Source: Breznakia blatticola (GTDB lineage Bacteria; Bacillota_I; Bacilli_A; Erysipelotrichales; Erysipelotrichaceae). Taken from it: a stretch of DNA of 32,000 nt. A program made the translations under genes and the position numbers. The stretch covers positions 27,694 to 59,693 of the forward strand of contig NZ_SODD01000011.1 of NCBI RefSeq assembly GCF_004365815.1, given 5' to 3'. Position 1 is the stretch's first letter, and each line of letters begins with the position of its first letter. Below the pieces are notes generated by a model. The model saw only the letters and a program-made list of their open reading frames with translations, ran no database searches and was not told where the DNA came from. Positions 25,091 through 32,000 of the stretch are shown one piece after another.

Positions 25091-26734
25091 CTACATTTTT
25101 TCTGGTGCTTCGACTCCGATTAACCAAAGAGCGTTACGTAAAGTGATTTGACAAGCACGTAACAAGTCTAAACGTTGTGCACTACGTTGTGGATGTTCAT
25201 TATCAATGACTTTACATGCGCCATAGAATGAATGAAATAGTGATGCTAGCTTTTGAATATAATTGCACATCTTATTTGGTGCTCTGTTTTTTGCTGCATC
25301 AGCGACAACGTTCGTAAATTCATGAATGTATTTCAATAACTCTAACTCTTTTTCATGTGTTAGTAAATCATAGTTATCTACCGTTTCATCAATTGTGCTA
25401 CTACGTAAGATTGAACAAATTCTTGCATGCGCGTATTGTGCATAGAACACAGGGTTTTCATTGGTTTGTTTCTTCGCAAGATTTACATCAAAATCAAAGT
25501 GCGTATCCAATGCTCTTTGCACAAAGAAGTAACGAGCTGCATCCACACCTACATCTTCGCATAATTCACGAAGGGTGATTGCATTTCCTAAACGTTTTGA
25601 CATTTTTACTTCTTCGCCATTATCAACTAAACGCACCATTTGAATGATATCCACTTCAAGTGTATCTGCATCTCTTCCCAATGCTTCAATACTTGCTTTC
25701 AAGCGTGGAATATATCCATGGTGGTCTGCTCCTAGAAAATCTACCATCTTTTCGAAACCTCTGTCAAGTTTCGTGATATGGTATGCGATATCTGGTACTA
25801 AATATGTAAAAGATCCGTCGTTTTTACGTAATACACGGTCTTTATCATCACCAAATTTCGTTGTTTCGAACCATACGGCTCCATCCTTTTCATAAACGTA
25901 TCCAAGTGTATCTAACGTTTCTACTGCTTTTTCAACTAAACCAGCATCACGTATTGATTGTTCACTTGTAAATACATCAAACTCAACTCTAAAGTTCTTT
26001 AGGTCGCGTTTTAGTTTTTCAAGTTCTAGACGAATTCCTTCTTTCTTAAAGAAGTTATGTACATCATCTGAATATTCAAGATATGCATCACCATATTCTT
26101 TAGCAATGGTTTCTGCAATTTCTTTAACATCTGGTCCATGATATCCATCTTCAGGAAGCTCTATTTGCTTACCAAAACTATTTGCATAACGTGCATATAA
26201 TGAACGTGCAAGGTTATCTACTTGGTTTCCTGCATCATTTACATAGAATTCACGAGTAACATCGTACCCACTCATTTTTAGTAAACGTGTTGTTGCATCA
26301 CCCCATGCAGCTCCTCTAGCGTGTCCTAAGTGTAAATCCCCAGTTGGGTTTGCACTTACATATTCACAGTTAATTTTTAAATTCTTTCCTGAATCGTTAT
26401 ATCCATAATTGTCACCAAGCTCAATAACTTGACGAATCACTCTTGTTAGACTATCACTTTGCATTTTGAAATTGATAAATCCAGGACCTGCAATTTCCAT
26501 AGATGCAATGTTTGCAGCTTCTGTATCGATTGTATCGACTAAAGTTTGTGCGATGGCTCTTGGATTGTTTCCAATTACTTTTGAAAACTTCATCGCTGTA
26601 TTGGTAGCATAATCCCCATGGCTTTTATCCTTAGGTATCTCAATAATGATATCTTCAATTGCGACATCCACTTGGAATGCATCTTGAATTGCTTTAGCAA
26701 TTGACTGTTTTAGTTGTTGATCAATTGTACTCAT
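25091..26734 (-). CDS. argS: Arginine--tRNA ligase
   Basis: 547 aa. Class I motifs: SANPTGDLHLGHAR (HIGH-type) and MSKRLGN (KMSK-type). C-terminal DALR anticodon-binding domain. Confidence 0.92.
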   Translation of the reverse strand: MSTIDQQLKQSIAKAIQDAFQVDVAIEDIIIEIPKDKSHGDYATNTAMKFSKVIGNNPRAIAQTLVDTIDTEAANIASMEIAGPGFINFKMQSDSLTRVIRQVIELGDNYGYNDSGKNLKINCEYVSANPTGDLHLGHARGAAWGDATTRLLKMSGYDVTREFYVNDAGNQVDNLARSLYARYANSFGKQIELPEDGYHGPDVKEIAETIAKEYGDAYLEYSDDVHNFFKKEGIRLELEKLKRDLKNFRVEFDVFTSEQSIRDAGLVEKAVETLDTLGYVYEKDGAVWFETTKFGDDKDRVLRKNDGSFTYLVPDIAYHITKLDRGFEKMVDFLGADHHGYIPRLKASIEALGRDADTLEVDIIQMVRLVDNGEEVKMSKRLGNAITLRELCEDVGVDAARYFFVQRALDTHFDFDVNLAKKQTNENPVFYAQYAHARICSILRSSTIDETVDNYDLLTHEKELELLKYIHEFTNVVADAAKNRAPNKMCNYIQKLASLFHSFYGACKVIDNEHPQRSAQRLDLLRACQITLRNALWLIGVEAPEKM

Positions 26735-27116
26735 TAAGATCTCCTTTCATCATAAACGTAATCTTGAAACCATCGTGATCTTGCGAATGTAATACATCAT
26801 AGGCAATGACAACTTGGTTATCATCTTTACGATATAGGTGCGTAAAAAGATCAATATTCATATCTCCAAACTCACTTTTAATTGGGTTGGTTGTATCTTC
26901 ATTTTCAATAAATTTCAAAATTGAATGAACATCCCCAATTCGTTCAATCTGGGCATAGTTTTCATATACTCGTAATATTACTTTTGCACCAGTTTCTTCT
27001 TCATATGTATATTGTTCGTAGTCATCATATATATCATGAGTAGCTTCTCCGATAAATAAGTCCTGACTCTCTTTTGTATACAGATGTTGGTGCATCACAT
27101 GTAGTTTCTTTTTCAT
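26721..27116 (-). CDS. DUF1934 (YwiB-like) beta-barrel protein
   Basis: Conserved position directly upstream of and overlapping argS, with the expected size of ~130 aa. Start placed at the ATG at 27116 because the upstream ATG at 27131 lies inside a predicted -10 box. The start is uncertain. Confidence 0.65.
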   Translation of the reverse strand: MKKKLHVMHQHLYTKESQDLFIGEATHDIYDDYEQYTYEEETGAKVILRVYENYAQIERIGDVHSILKFIENEDTTNPIKSEFGDMNIDLFTHLYRKDDNQVVIAYDVLHSQDHDGFKITFMMKGDLNEYN

Positions 27117-27129
27117 AGTTATATCGCAC

Positions 27130-27157
27130 ATTATAGCACGAAATACCTGTAGTGCAA
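27130..27157 (-). promoter_or_regulatory. Candidate promoter of the DUF1934-argS-rpoE operon
   Basis: Minus strand reads TTGCAC (27157-27152), a 16-nt spacer, TATAAT (27135-27130). Confidence 0.5.
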
Positions 27158-27163
27158 CCCTAA

Positions 27164-27204
27164 TTTCAAAAAAAGGAAAGCTAGTATTTATGAGCTAACT
27201 TTCC
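27164..27204 (-). terminator. Rho-independent terminator of the flavodoxin-like gene
   Basis: Minus-strand GGAAAGUUAG-(10-nt loop)-CUAGCUUUCC (10 bp, one G-U) followed by UUUUUUUGAAAUU. It overlaps the gene's last codons. Confidence 0.65.
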
Positions 27205-27660
27205 AATAAAGTTTGAAACCTTTTCATCTAGATTTTGATTCGAATCGAGTTCATCTAAATCTAGATTTACTGTACGAACAATTAATGAATCCATAAGGTT
27301 CATTTTATTAAAATCAAAGGTTCCACCAAAATCAATCGTCGTTTGAAGTAAATTTTGATATTCTGGTATATTTTTTTCAATAATATCATCAATTGCAGGA
27401 GTTCTTGTTCCTCTATTTACAAATAAATGTAAAGATTTATTCGATAATTGATGAATCTTGTCACGCATAAAACGGATCAAGTCTTTACGAAGCTTTCCTA
27501 CATATAAGGGACTTCCAAAGATGATGGTTGTATAACGATCCAAGTTTAATAAATCCACGTCCTCAATATTCACCATGTCTGCATCACAGTTATCTGCGAT
27601 GGTTTTTGCGACCTCTTCTGTACTACCGTATTTTGTAGCATATAATACTAATGTTTTCAT
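27181..27660 (-). CDS. Flavodoxin-domain protein (HemG/flavodoxin_5-like)
   Basis: The N-terminus MKTLVLYATKYGSTEEVAKTIA is the flavodoxin FMN-phosphate-binding loop type. 159 aa. Confidence 0.7.
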   Translation of the reverse strand: MKTLVLYATKYGSTEEVAKTIADNCDADMVNIEDVDLLNLDRYTTIIFGSPLYVGKLRKDLIRFMRDKIHQLSNKSLHLFVNRGTRTPAIDDIIEKNIPEYQNLLQTTIDFGGTFDFNKMNLMDSLIVRTVNLDLDELDSNQNLDEKVSNFIGKLAHKY

Positions 27661-27802
27661 ACATAACTACCCTTTCCACTATATATTTTCCACTACACAC
27701 ACTGCGTGGATGTACATAATAACAAATAAATCATAATATCTCTAGTTAAAAACTACTATAAATGATAATTGGTTGTTTGCGAGTTAAAATCGGTATTATA
27801 TA

Positions 27803-27831
27803 TATAAAAAAGAAGGTTTTTACACCTTCTT
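27803..27831 (-). terminator. Rho-independent terminator of the nitroreductase gene
   Basis: Minus-strand AAGAAGGU-GUAAAA-ACCUUCUU followed by UUUUAUAUAUA. Confidence 0.7.
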
Positions 27832-27838
27832 TACAAGT

Positions 27839-28441
27839 TTATTTATAGATTTTTACTTTGTCGTCGATATTCATAAATTCTTTATCACCTGGATCACCAG
27901 CAGGTTTACCAATTGGCATTTGGGCAACTAAACGCCAACTATCTGGAATGTTCCACGTTTTTTTCACTTCATCATCAATAACTGGATTGTAGTGTTGCAA
28001 GTTTGCTCCATAGCCAACCGATTCTAGTGTTGTCCACATTGCATATTGCATCATTCCATTTGCCTGTCTTGACCAGTCTCTGAAGTTCTCAGCGTAGTTA
28101 GGCATCTTTGCAGCATAACCTTCTACAACGTCTACATCATCAAAGAATAACAGTGTTGCACTTCCTGATGCAAAAGCTGTGTCAATCTTTGTTTCTGTAG
28201 AAACGAACTTTTCTGGATTATTTACAATTTTACGTAAAGTTTCTTTTACAATTTTCCAGAATGTATCATGTTGTTCATTTTCTAATAAGATAATGCGTTG
28301 ACTTTGCATATTGAATGGAGAAGGTACATGTTTCGCTACATCCTTCACTAATGCTTCCAATTCTGCGCTATCAAGCACTTTTTCATTTGATATTTGGTAA
28401 TACGTACGACGATCTTTAATACTGTCTAAAATAGATTTCAT
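27839..28441 (-). CDS. Nitroreductase-family NAD(P)H oxidoreductase
   Basis: MKSILDSIKDRRTYYQIS..., PSPFNMQSQRIILL and GANLQHYNP match the nitroreductase fold family. Start trimmed to the ATG at 28441 (200 aa); the 34-aa extension in the listed ORF has no homology. Confidence 0.8.
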   Translation of the reverse strand: MKSILDSIKDRRTYYQISNEKVLDSAELEALVKDVAKHVPSPFNMQSQRIILLENEQHDTFWKIVKETLRKIVNNPEKFVSTETKIDTAFASGSATLLFFDDVDVVEGYAAKMPNYAENFRDWSRQANGMMQYAMWTTLESVGYGANLQHYNPVIDDEVKKTWNIPDSWRLVAQMPIGKPAGDPGDKEFMNIDDKVKIYK

Positions 28442-28514
28442 ATTATCAAGTTCCTTTCCTTTTATTATTCTCATTATAAGCAATATACAAATATATTTCA
28501 TTGAAAGTGCATAG

Positions 28515-28546
28515 GTAAAAAAAAAAGATGGATTGTTATCCACCTT
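28515..28546 (-). terminator. Rho-independent terminator of darA
   Basis: Minus-strand AAGGUGGAU-AACA-AUCCAUCUU (9 bp, one G-U) followed by a run of at least 8 U. Confidence 0.75.
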
Positions 28547-28579
28547 AGATGTAACGTATCGTACGTTAATTATTCAGTT

Positions 28580-28903
28580 TTATAATTTTACAAATTTTTC
28601 TACATCAACAACGAAGATTGTTGCTCCACCTACTTGTACTTCTACTGGGAACGATGCGAATCGACCAATATCGTATGATGCAGTTGATGGTACAACTTCT
28701 GTGCGTTTACGAGAGAATTCTCCGATTACTTCAATTGCACGATCGACTTTATCGTCTTCCGTACCTACGATTAATGTAGTATTACCAGCTCGTAAGAACC
28801 CACCTGTTGTAGCTAAACGTGTTACTTGATAGTTTTCTTTTGTCAGTGCACTAGATACACTGTGTGAATCATCATTTGACATAATTGCTAAAATTAATTT
28901 CAT
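28580..28903 (-). CDS. darA: Cyclic-di-AMP receptor protein, PII-like (DarA/PstA/YaaQ)
   Basis: MKLILAIMSNDD...VTRLATTGGFLRAGNTTLIVG...VEVQVGGATIFVV closely matches the YaaQ/DarA family pattern. 107 aa. Confidence 0.85.
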   Translation of the reverse strand: MKLILAIMSNDDSHSVSSALTKENYQVTRLATTGGFLRAGNTTLIVGTEDDKVDRAIEVIGEFSRKRTEVVPSTASYDIGRFASFPVEVQVGGATIFVVDVEKFVKL

Positions 28904-28926
28904 AGTATCACCACTTCCTTTTCTTG

Positions 28927-28955
28927 ATTATAACAATTTCTTAATCATTAGTCTA
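28927..28955 (-). promoter_or_regulatory. Candidate darA promoter (extended -10)
   Basis: Minus strand reads TAGACT (28955-28950), a 17-nt spacer, TGtTATAAT (28935-28927). AAAGGAAGTGGTGA SD follows. Confidence 0.5.
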
Positions 28956-28986
28956 TTCATAAAATTATTTGCAAATTAATTCTAAT

Positions 28987-29577
28987 TTATAACTTCTTTC
29001 TACCTTCTAATGCTTTTATTAGTGTGAGTTCATCAGCGTAATCTAGATGTCCTCCCATTGGTAATCCATGTGCAAGGCGAGTAACTTCAACATCTTTATT
29101 TTCAAGTAACTTTCCAATATAGAGTGCAGTTGTTTCTCCTTCAATGGTTGGATTGGTTGCAATTAGTATTTCATTTACATCATCTGTAATGCGATCCAAT
29201 AAACTTGCAATATTGATATCTTCTGGCATGATTCCTTTCGAAGTCGAAATAACACCATTTAGTACATGATACAATCCGTGATACTGTGCTGTCTTTTCTA
29301 ATGCGATAACATCTTTAGGACTTTGTACAATTGCAATCATGTGTTGATTACGACTCGGATCCTTACAAATATCACAAGTCTCTCCATCACTTAGATTTCC
29401 ACAAATACTACAAGTATGTATATCATTTTTTAAATCAATTAAACTTTGAATGAAGTTATCAATATCTTCATCGCTATAGTTTAACATTTCAAATGCATAA
29501 CGTTCTGCACTTTTAATTCCTACCCCAGGAAACTTTCTTAAGTTATCGATGAGGTTTTCAAACTTCTTTGGATACAT
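28987..29577 (-). CDS. recR: Recombination protein RecR
   Basis: HhH motif LRKFPGVGIKSAERYAF, C4 zinc finger CSICGNLSDGETCDIC, and a Toprim domain. Confidence 0.92.
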   Translation of the reverse strand: MYPKKFENLIDNLRKFPGVGIKSAERYAFEMLNYSDEDIDNFIQSLIDLKNDIHTCSICGNLSDGETCDICKDPSRNQHMIAIVQSPKDVIALEKTAQYHGLYHVLNGVISTSKGIMPEDINIASLLDRITDDVNEILIATNPTIEGETTALYIGKLLENKDVEVTRLAHGLPMGGHLDYADELTLIKALEGRKKL

Positions 29578-29578
29578 A

Positions 29579-29884
29579 TTACATACCTGGTATTTTCATA
29601 CCACCAGTTAATGATGCCATTGCTGCTTCTTTTTCTTCAGTTGCTTGTTTCAATACATCATTCATCGCCATTTGTACAAGTTCTTCAATCATTCCTTGGT
29701 TATCTTGATCAAGTACTTCATCTTTAATAAAAACACTTACGACCTCAAATGCACCATTCATTGTGATTTCAACAACTCCACCACCAACACTTGATACATA
29801 TTGTTTCTCTTTTAATTCATTTTCTTGTTTCGCCATATCTTTTTGCATTTTTTGGGCTTGTTTCATTAATGCGTTTAAATCCAT
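29579..29884 (-). CDS. ybaB: Nucleoid-associated protein YbaB/EbfC
   Basis: LMKQAQKMQKDM...VGGGVVEITMNG...MKIPG is the family pattern. Start set at the ATG at 29884, 4 nt after GGAGGA; the listed ATG at 29896 has no SD. Confidence 0.88.
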   Translation of the reverse strand: MDLNALMKQAQKMQKDMAKQENELKEKQYVSSVGGGVVEITMNGAFEVVSVFIKDEVLDQDNQGMIEELVQMAMNDVLKQATEEKEAAMASLTGGMKIPGM

Positions 29885-29895
29885 ATCTTCCTCCA

Positions 29896-31854
29896 TTAGA
29901 TGATATCTATATTATTCTTAAATAGAATATTTAGTTCATCACTTATTGTCTGTTCTTTCTTTTCTTCTTTTTTAATTTCAAATGAAATTGGTTCTGGTAA
30001 ATTATTTGTACGATAACGTGTTTTAAATTCATCAATCACACGTGATGATTGTGTACTTGTTATCGCAAACACTTTCTTTTCTTGTTGGAACATTGATTTT
30101 ACTAAATTCATAAATTCATTTTGTTCATCCAGTTCATTAATTTCTTTTGCTAAAGGCAATGATCCAACTTCAAATAATGTATAGGTTTCAGCGCTAGCAA
30201 CAATCGTTGCATTTTTTAACATATTTGCTGCTTTAGCTACTTGTATATCTAAATCGGTGCAATATGAATTAATACTCCGCATTTGTTCACTTTCTTGTGC
30301 ACGGATTTGTTTCTTTGCACCAACAAGTAAACGAAGTACAAATTCATCATCCAAATTCATTTTCTTTGGTTTCTTTGGCGCAACCTCTAATTCACTTGCT
30401 TGATCAATATACTGTTGATCTATATTTGGTGTCATTGTCTCTTGTTTTACTTCTTCCTGAGATGTTGGTTCTTCAACTACAGGTTCTACGTGTGTATTTA
30501 TAGGTTCTTGTGGCATTTCATCACTAATTAGTGATAATGGTTCACTTTCTTCAATACCACCTTCTAATACAGGTATATGCTCTTCTTCGGTATAATCAAT
30601 TGTATCTTCTACCGGCTGTTGTGTTTCCTGTTCTTCTACTTCTCTAGTTGGATGAATGACTTCATGTGTTTCTACATCAACCATTGGTGCAACTGTTTGT
30701 AAGTTCTCTGGTGCAATTGTTGTTGTAGGTTGTTCAGTTATTTGAACGGTTTGTGTCATTGGTTCTTCATATGTTCCACGTGGAACAATTTTCATGATTT
30801 TCAATAATGCAACTTCTAAATATAAGATAATCGTTGATGCATTACGGTATTTATCATAACTATCCATTAATATATCAATTACTTGTAGTGATATTTCTGT
30901 ATTTAGCTTACTCGATAATTGAACAACTTGTTCTTGATCTAAACGATTAAGTAACGATGCATCTCGAGTATAATCGTAAATAACTTTTTCTTTAAGTATT
31001 TCAATCATATCATTCGTTAATCGTTTAATATCAATTCCACGACTATCTAATGCTTCAATTGCTTGCATTAAGCGTGACGTCTCATGTCCAATCATTAAAT
31101 AGAATAAATCGAGTATCTCATTTGTTGTGATAATTCCATAGATTTCAAACACTTCAGATTGTTTAATAAAGTTTGGTGAATATGCATATACTTGATCTAA
31201 TATACTTAATGCATCACGCATTCCACCATCTGCTAATTCAGCAATTGTATCAAGTACACCATCTTCTACTTGAATTTGTTCTTTATCAATAATATACGCA
31301 AGACGATCTACAATATCTTTCTTTGCTACTTTGGCAAAATCAAATCGTTGCGTTCTCGATATAATTGTTGGCAATACTTTATACGGCTCTGTAGTCGCAA
31401 AAATAAAGATAACATGCGCAGGTGGTTCTTCAATGGTTTTTAATAATGCATTGTAAGCACCTTGCGTCATCATATGAACCTCATCAATGATATATACTTT
31501 GTATTTACCTTTGATTGGTGCATATTTAAATTTCTCAATTAGATTACGTACTTCCTCTACCCCATTATTACTTGCAGCATCAATCTCTACAATATCTGGA
31601 TGTACACCTTCTAAATCCGTTTTACAGTTTTCACAGACACCACAAGGTTTATGTTCTCCTGTACAGTTTACTGCTCTTGCGAATATTTTTGCTGTTGATG
31701 TTTTTCCGGTACCTCTAGGTCCAGTAAATAAGTACGCATGTGCAATTTTATTATTATCTATCGCATTTTGTAAGGTTTTAATAATATGCTTTTGCCCTGC
31801 CATATCATCAAAATTTTCTGGTCTATAGGTTCTATACAATGCTTTATATGCCAT
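29896..31854 (-). CDS. dnaX: DNA polymerase III subunit gamma/tau
   Basis: YRPENFDDMAGQKHI, Walker A GPRGTGKTS, a zinc module (CGVCENC) and Walker B YIIDEVHM, followed by a low-complexity acidic linker and a C-terminal tau domain. Confidence 0.92.
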   Translation of the reverse strand: MAYKALYRTYRPENFDDMAGQKHIIKTLQNAIDNNKIAHAYLFTGPRGTGKTSTAKIFARAVNCTGEHKPCGVCENCKTDLEGVHPDIVEIDAASNNGVEEVRNLIEKFKYAPIKGKYKVYIIDEVHMMTQGAYNALLKTIEEPPAHVIFIFATTEPYKVLPTIISRTQRFDFAKVAKKDIVDRLAYIIDKEQIQVEDGVLDTIAELADGGMRDALSILDQVYAYSPNFIKQSEVFEIYGIITTNEILDLFYLMIGHETSRLMQAIEALDSRGIDIKRLTNDMIEILKEKVIYDYTRDASLLNRLDQEQVVQLSSKLNTEISLQVIDILMDSYDKYRNASTIILYLEVALLKIMKIVPRGTYEEPMTQTVQITEQPTTTIAPENLQTVAPMVDVETHEVIHPTREVEEQETQQPVEDTIDYTEEEHIPVLEGGIEESEPLSLISDEMPQEPINTHVEPVVEEPTSQEEVKQETMTPNIDQQYIDQASELEVAPKKPKKMNLDDEFVLRLLVGAKKQIRAQESEQMRSINSYCTDLDIQVAKAANMLKNATIVASAETYTLFEVGSLPLAKEINELDEQNEFMNLVKSMFQQEKKVFAITSTQSSRVIDEFKTRYRTNNLPEPISFEIKKEEKKEQTISDELNILFKNNIDII

Positions 31855-31881
31855 TTACAATACCCTCTTTCTCTAGTTCTC

Positions 31882-31890
31882 ATTATACCA
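31882..31890 (-). promoter_or_regulatory. Candidate dnaX promoter (extended -10 TGgTATAAT)
   Basis: Minus strand reads TGGTATAAT (31890-31882). AGAGGG SD lies 8 nt before the ATG. There is no convincing -35. Confidence 0.45.
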
Positions 31891-31904
31891 AAATTCACAT
31901 AGAC

Positions 31905-31945
31905 AAAATAGGGTAGAGGGAAAGAAATATATTCTTTCGCCCCTC
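31905..31945 (-). terminator. Terminator-like hairpin ending a transcript that originates beyond the window edge
   Basis: Minus-strand GAGGG-gcg-AAAGAA-UAUAU-UUCUUU-CCCUC followed by UACCCUAUUUUGUCU. Confidence 0.5.
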
Positions 31946-32000
31946 CCATTGCACCGTACGTACGGTTCTCGTATACGGCGCTACATATGTATTAATCACG
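31946..32000 (-). other. GC-rich palindrome-containing non-coding segment (possible 3' part of a structured RNA; truncated by the window)
   Basis: Plus strand contains CCGTACGTACGG (12-nt perfect palindrome) and CGTATACG (8-nt palindrome), flanked by CGCC/GGCG. This is much more GC-rich than the surrounding DNA. It lies directly upstream of the dnaX promoter and is followed by a terminator. Confidence 0.3.

Noticed and set aside
25077-25127. 17-aa extension of the rpoE ORF that overlaps the argS 3' end
   Set aside because: A strong GGAGGGGG SD immediately precedes the internal ATG at 25076. The extension (MVNRSRSTRKNVGGGSY) is just the translated SD region.
27673-27695. Direct repeat TAGTGGAAA x2 (14-bp period, minus strand) just upstream of the flavodoxin-like gene
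   Set aside because: It is short and purine-rich, and its second copy merges with the SD (GGAAAGGG). There is no second occurrence elsewhere in the window and no associated regulator, so it is not distinguishable from chance.
28442-28543. 34-aa N-terminal extension of the nitroreductase ORF
   Set aside because: It runs through the darA terminator region. The ATG at 28441 gives a typical 200-aa nitroreductase with a GGAA-type SD.
29896-31854. Programmed -1 frameshift site in dnaX (E. coli-type A AAA AAG heptamer producing gamma)
   Set aside because: No A-AAA-AAG-type slippery heptamer with a downstream hairpin was seen in the linker region. The Lys-rich stretch (PKKPKKM) is encoded by CCA AAG AAA CCA AAG AAA ATG, which is not a slippery run.
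31758-31949. 63-aa minus-strand ORF spanning the dnaX start region
   Set aside because: It overlaps the dnaX promoter, SD and start in another frame and begins inside the terminator hairpin. There is no SD or homology.

Overview
Chromosomal segment of a low-GC Bacillota genome, almost all transcribed on the minus strand. Housekeeping genes sit at both ends. At 0-7.7 kb: a SEDS protein fragment, an SseB-like protein, rsmI, yaaT/ricT, holB, tmk, a PHP phosphoesterase, an Mbeg1-like hydrolase and ldh. At 24.8-31.9 kb: rpoE, argS, DUF1934, a flavodoxin-like protein, a nitroreductase, darA, recR, ybaB and dnaX. Three accessory blocks lie between them. (1) 7.87-13.88 kb is a five-gene sortase-pilus operon: adhesin, signal-peptidase-like protein, major pilin, class B sortase, small pilin. 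This is the gene order of the Streptococcus pyogenes FCT/T-antigen locus. The peptidase homologue has both catalytic dyad residues substituted, all three substrates have non-LPXTG sorting motifs, and the tip adhesin is built from DUF11-like repeats. (2) 15.7-21.0 kb holds a PadR regulator, a PadR-associated membrane protein, an ABC-2 exporter (ATPase plus two permeases) and an SDR gene. A shared inverted-repeat box overlaps both promoters. (3) 23.1-24.8 kb is an IS91-family (HUH-Y2, rolling-circle) element wedged between gpmI and rpoE, with a translationally coupled zinc-ribbon ORF. No rRNA, tRNA or CRISPR array was found. A GC-rich palindromic element followed by a terminator at the 32 kb edge may be the 3' end of an unidentified RNA. 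I see nothing clearly unprecedented. The pilus operon and its modified SipA-like component is the most interesting candidate.
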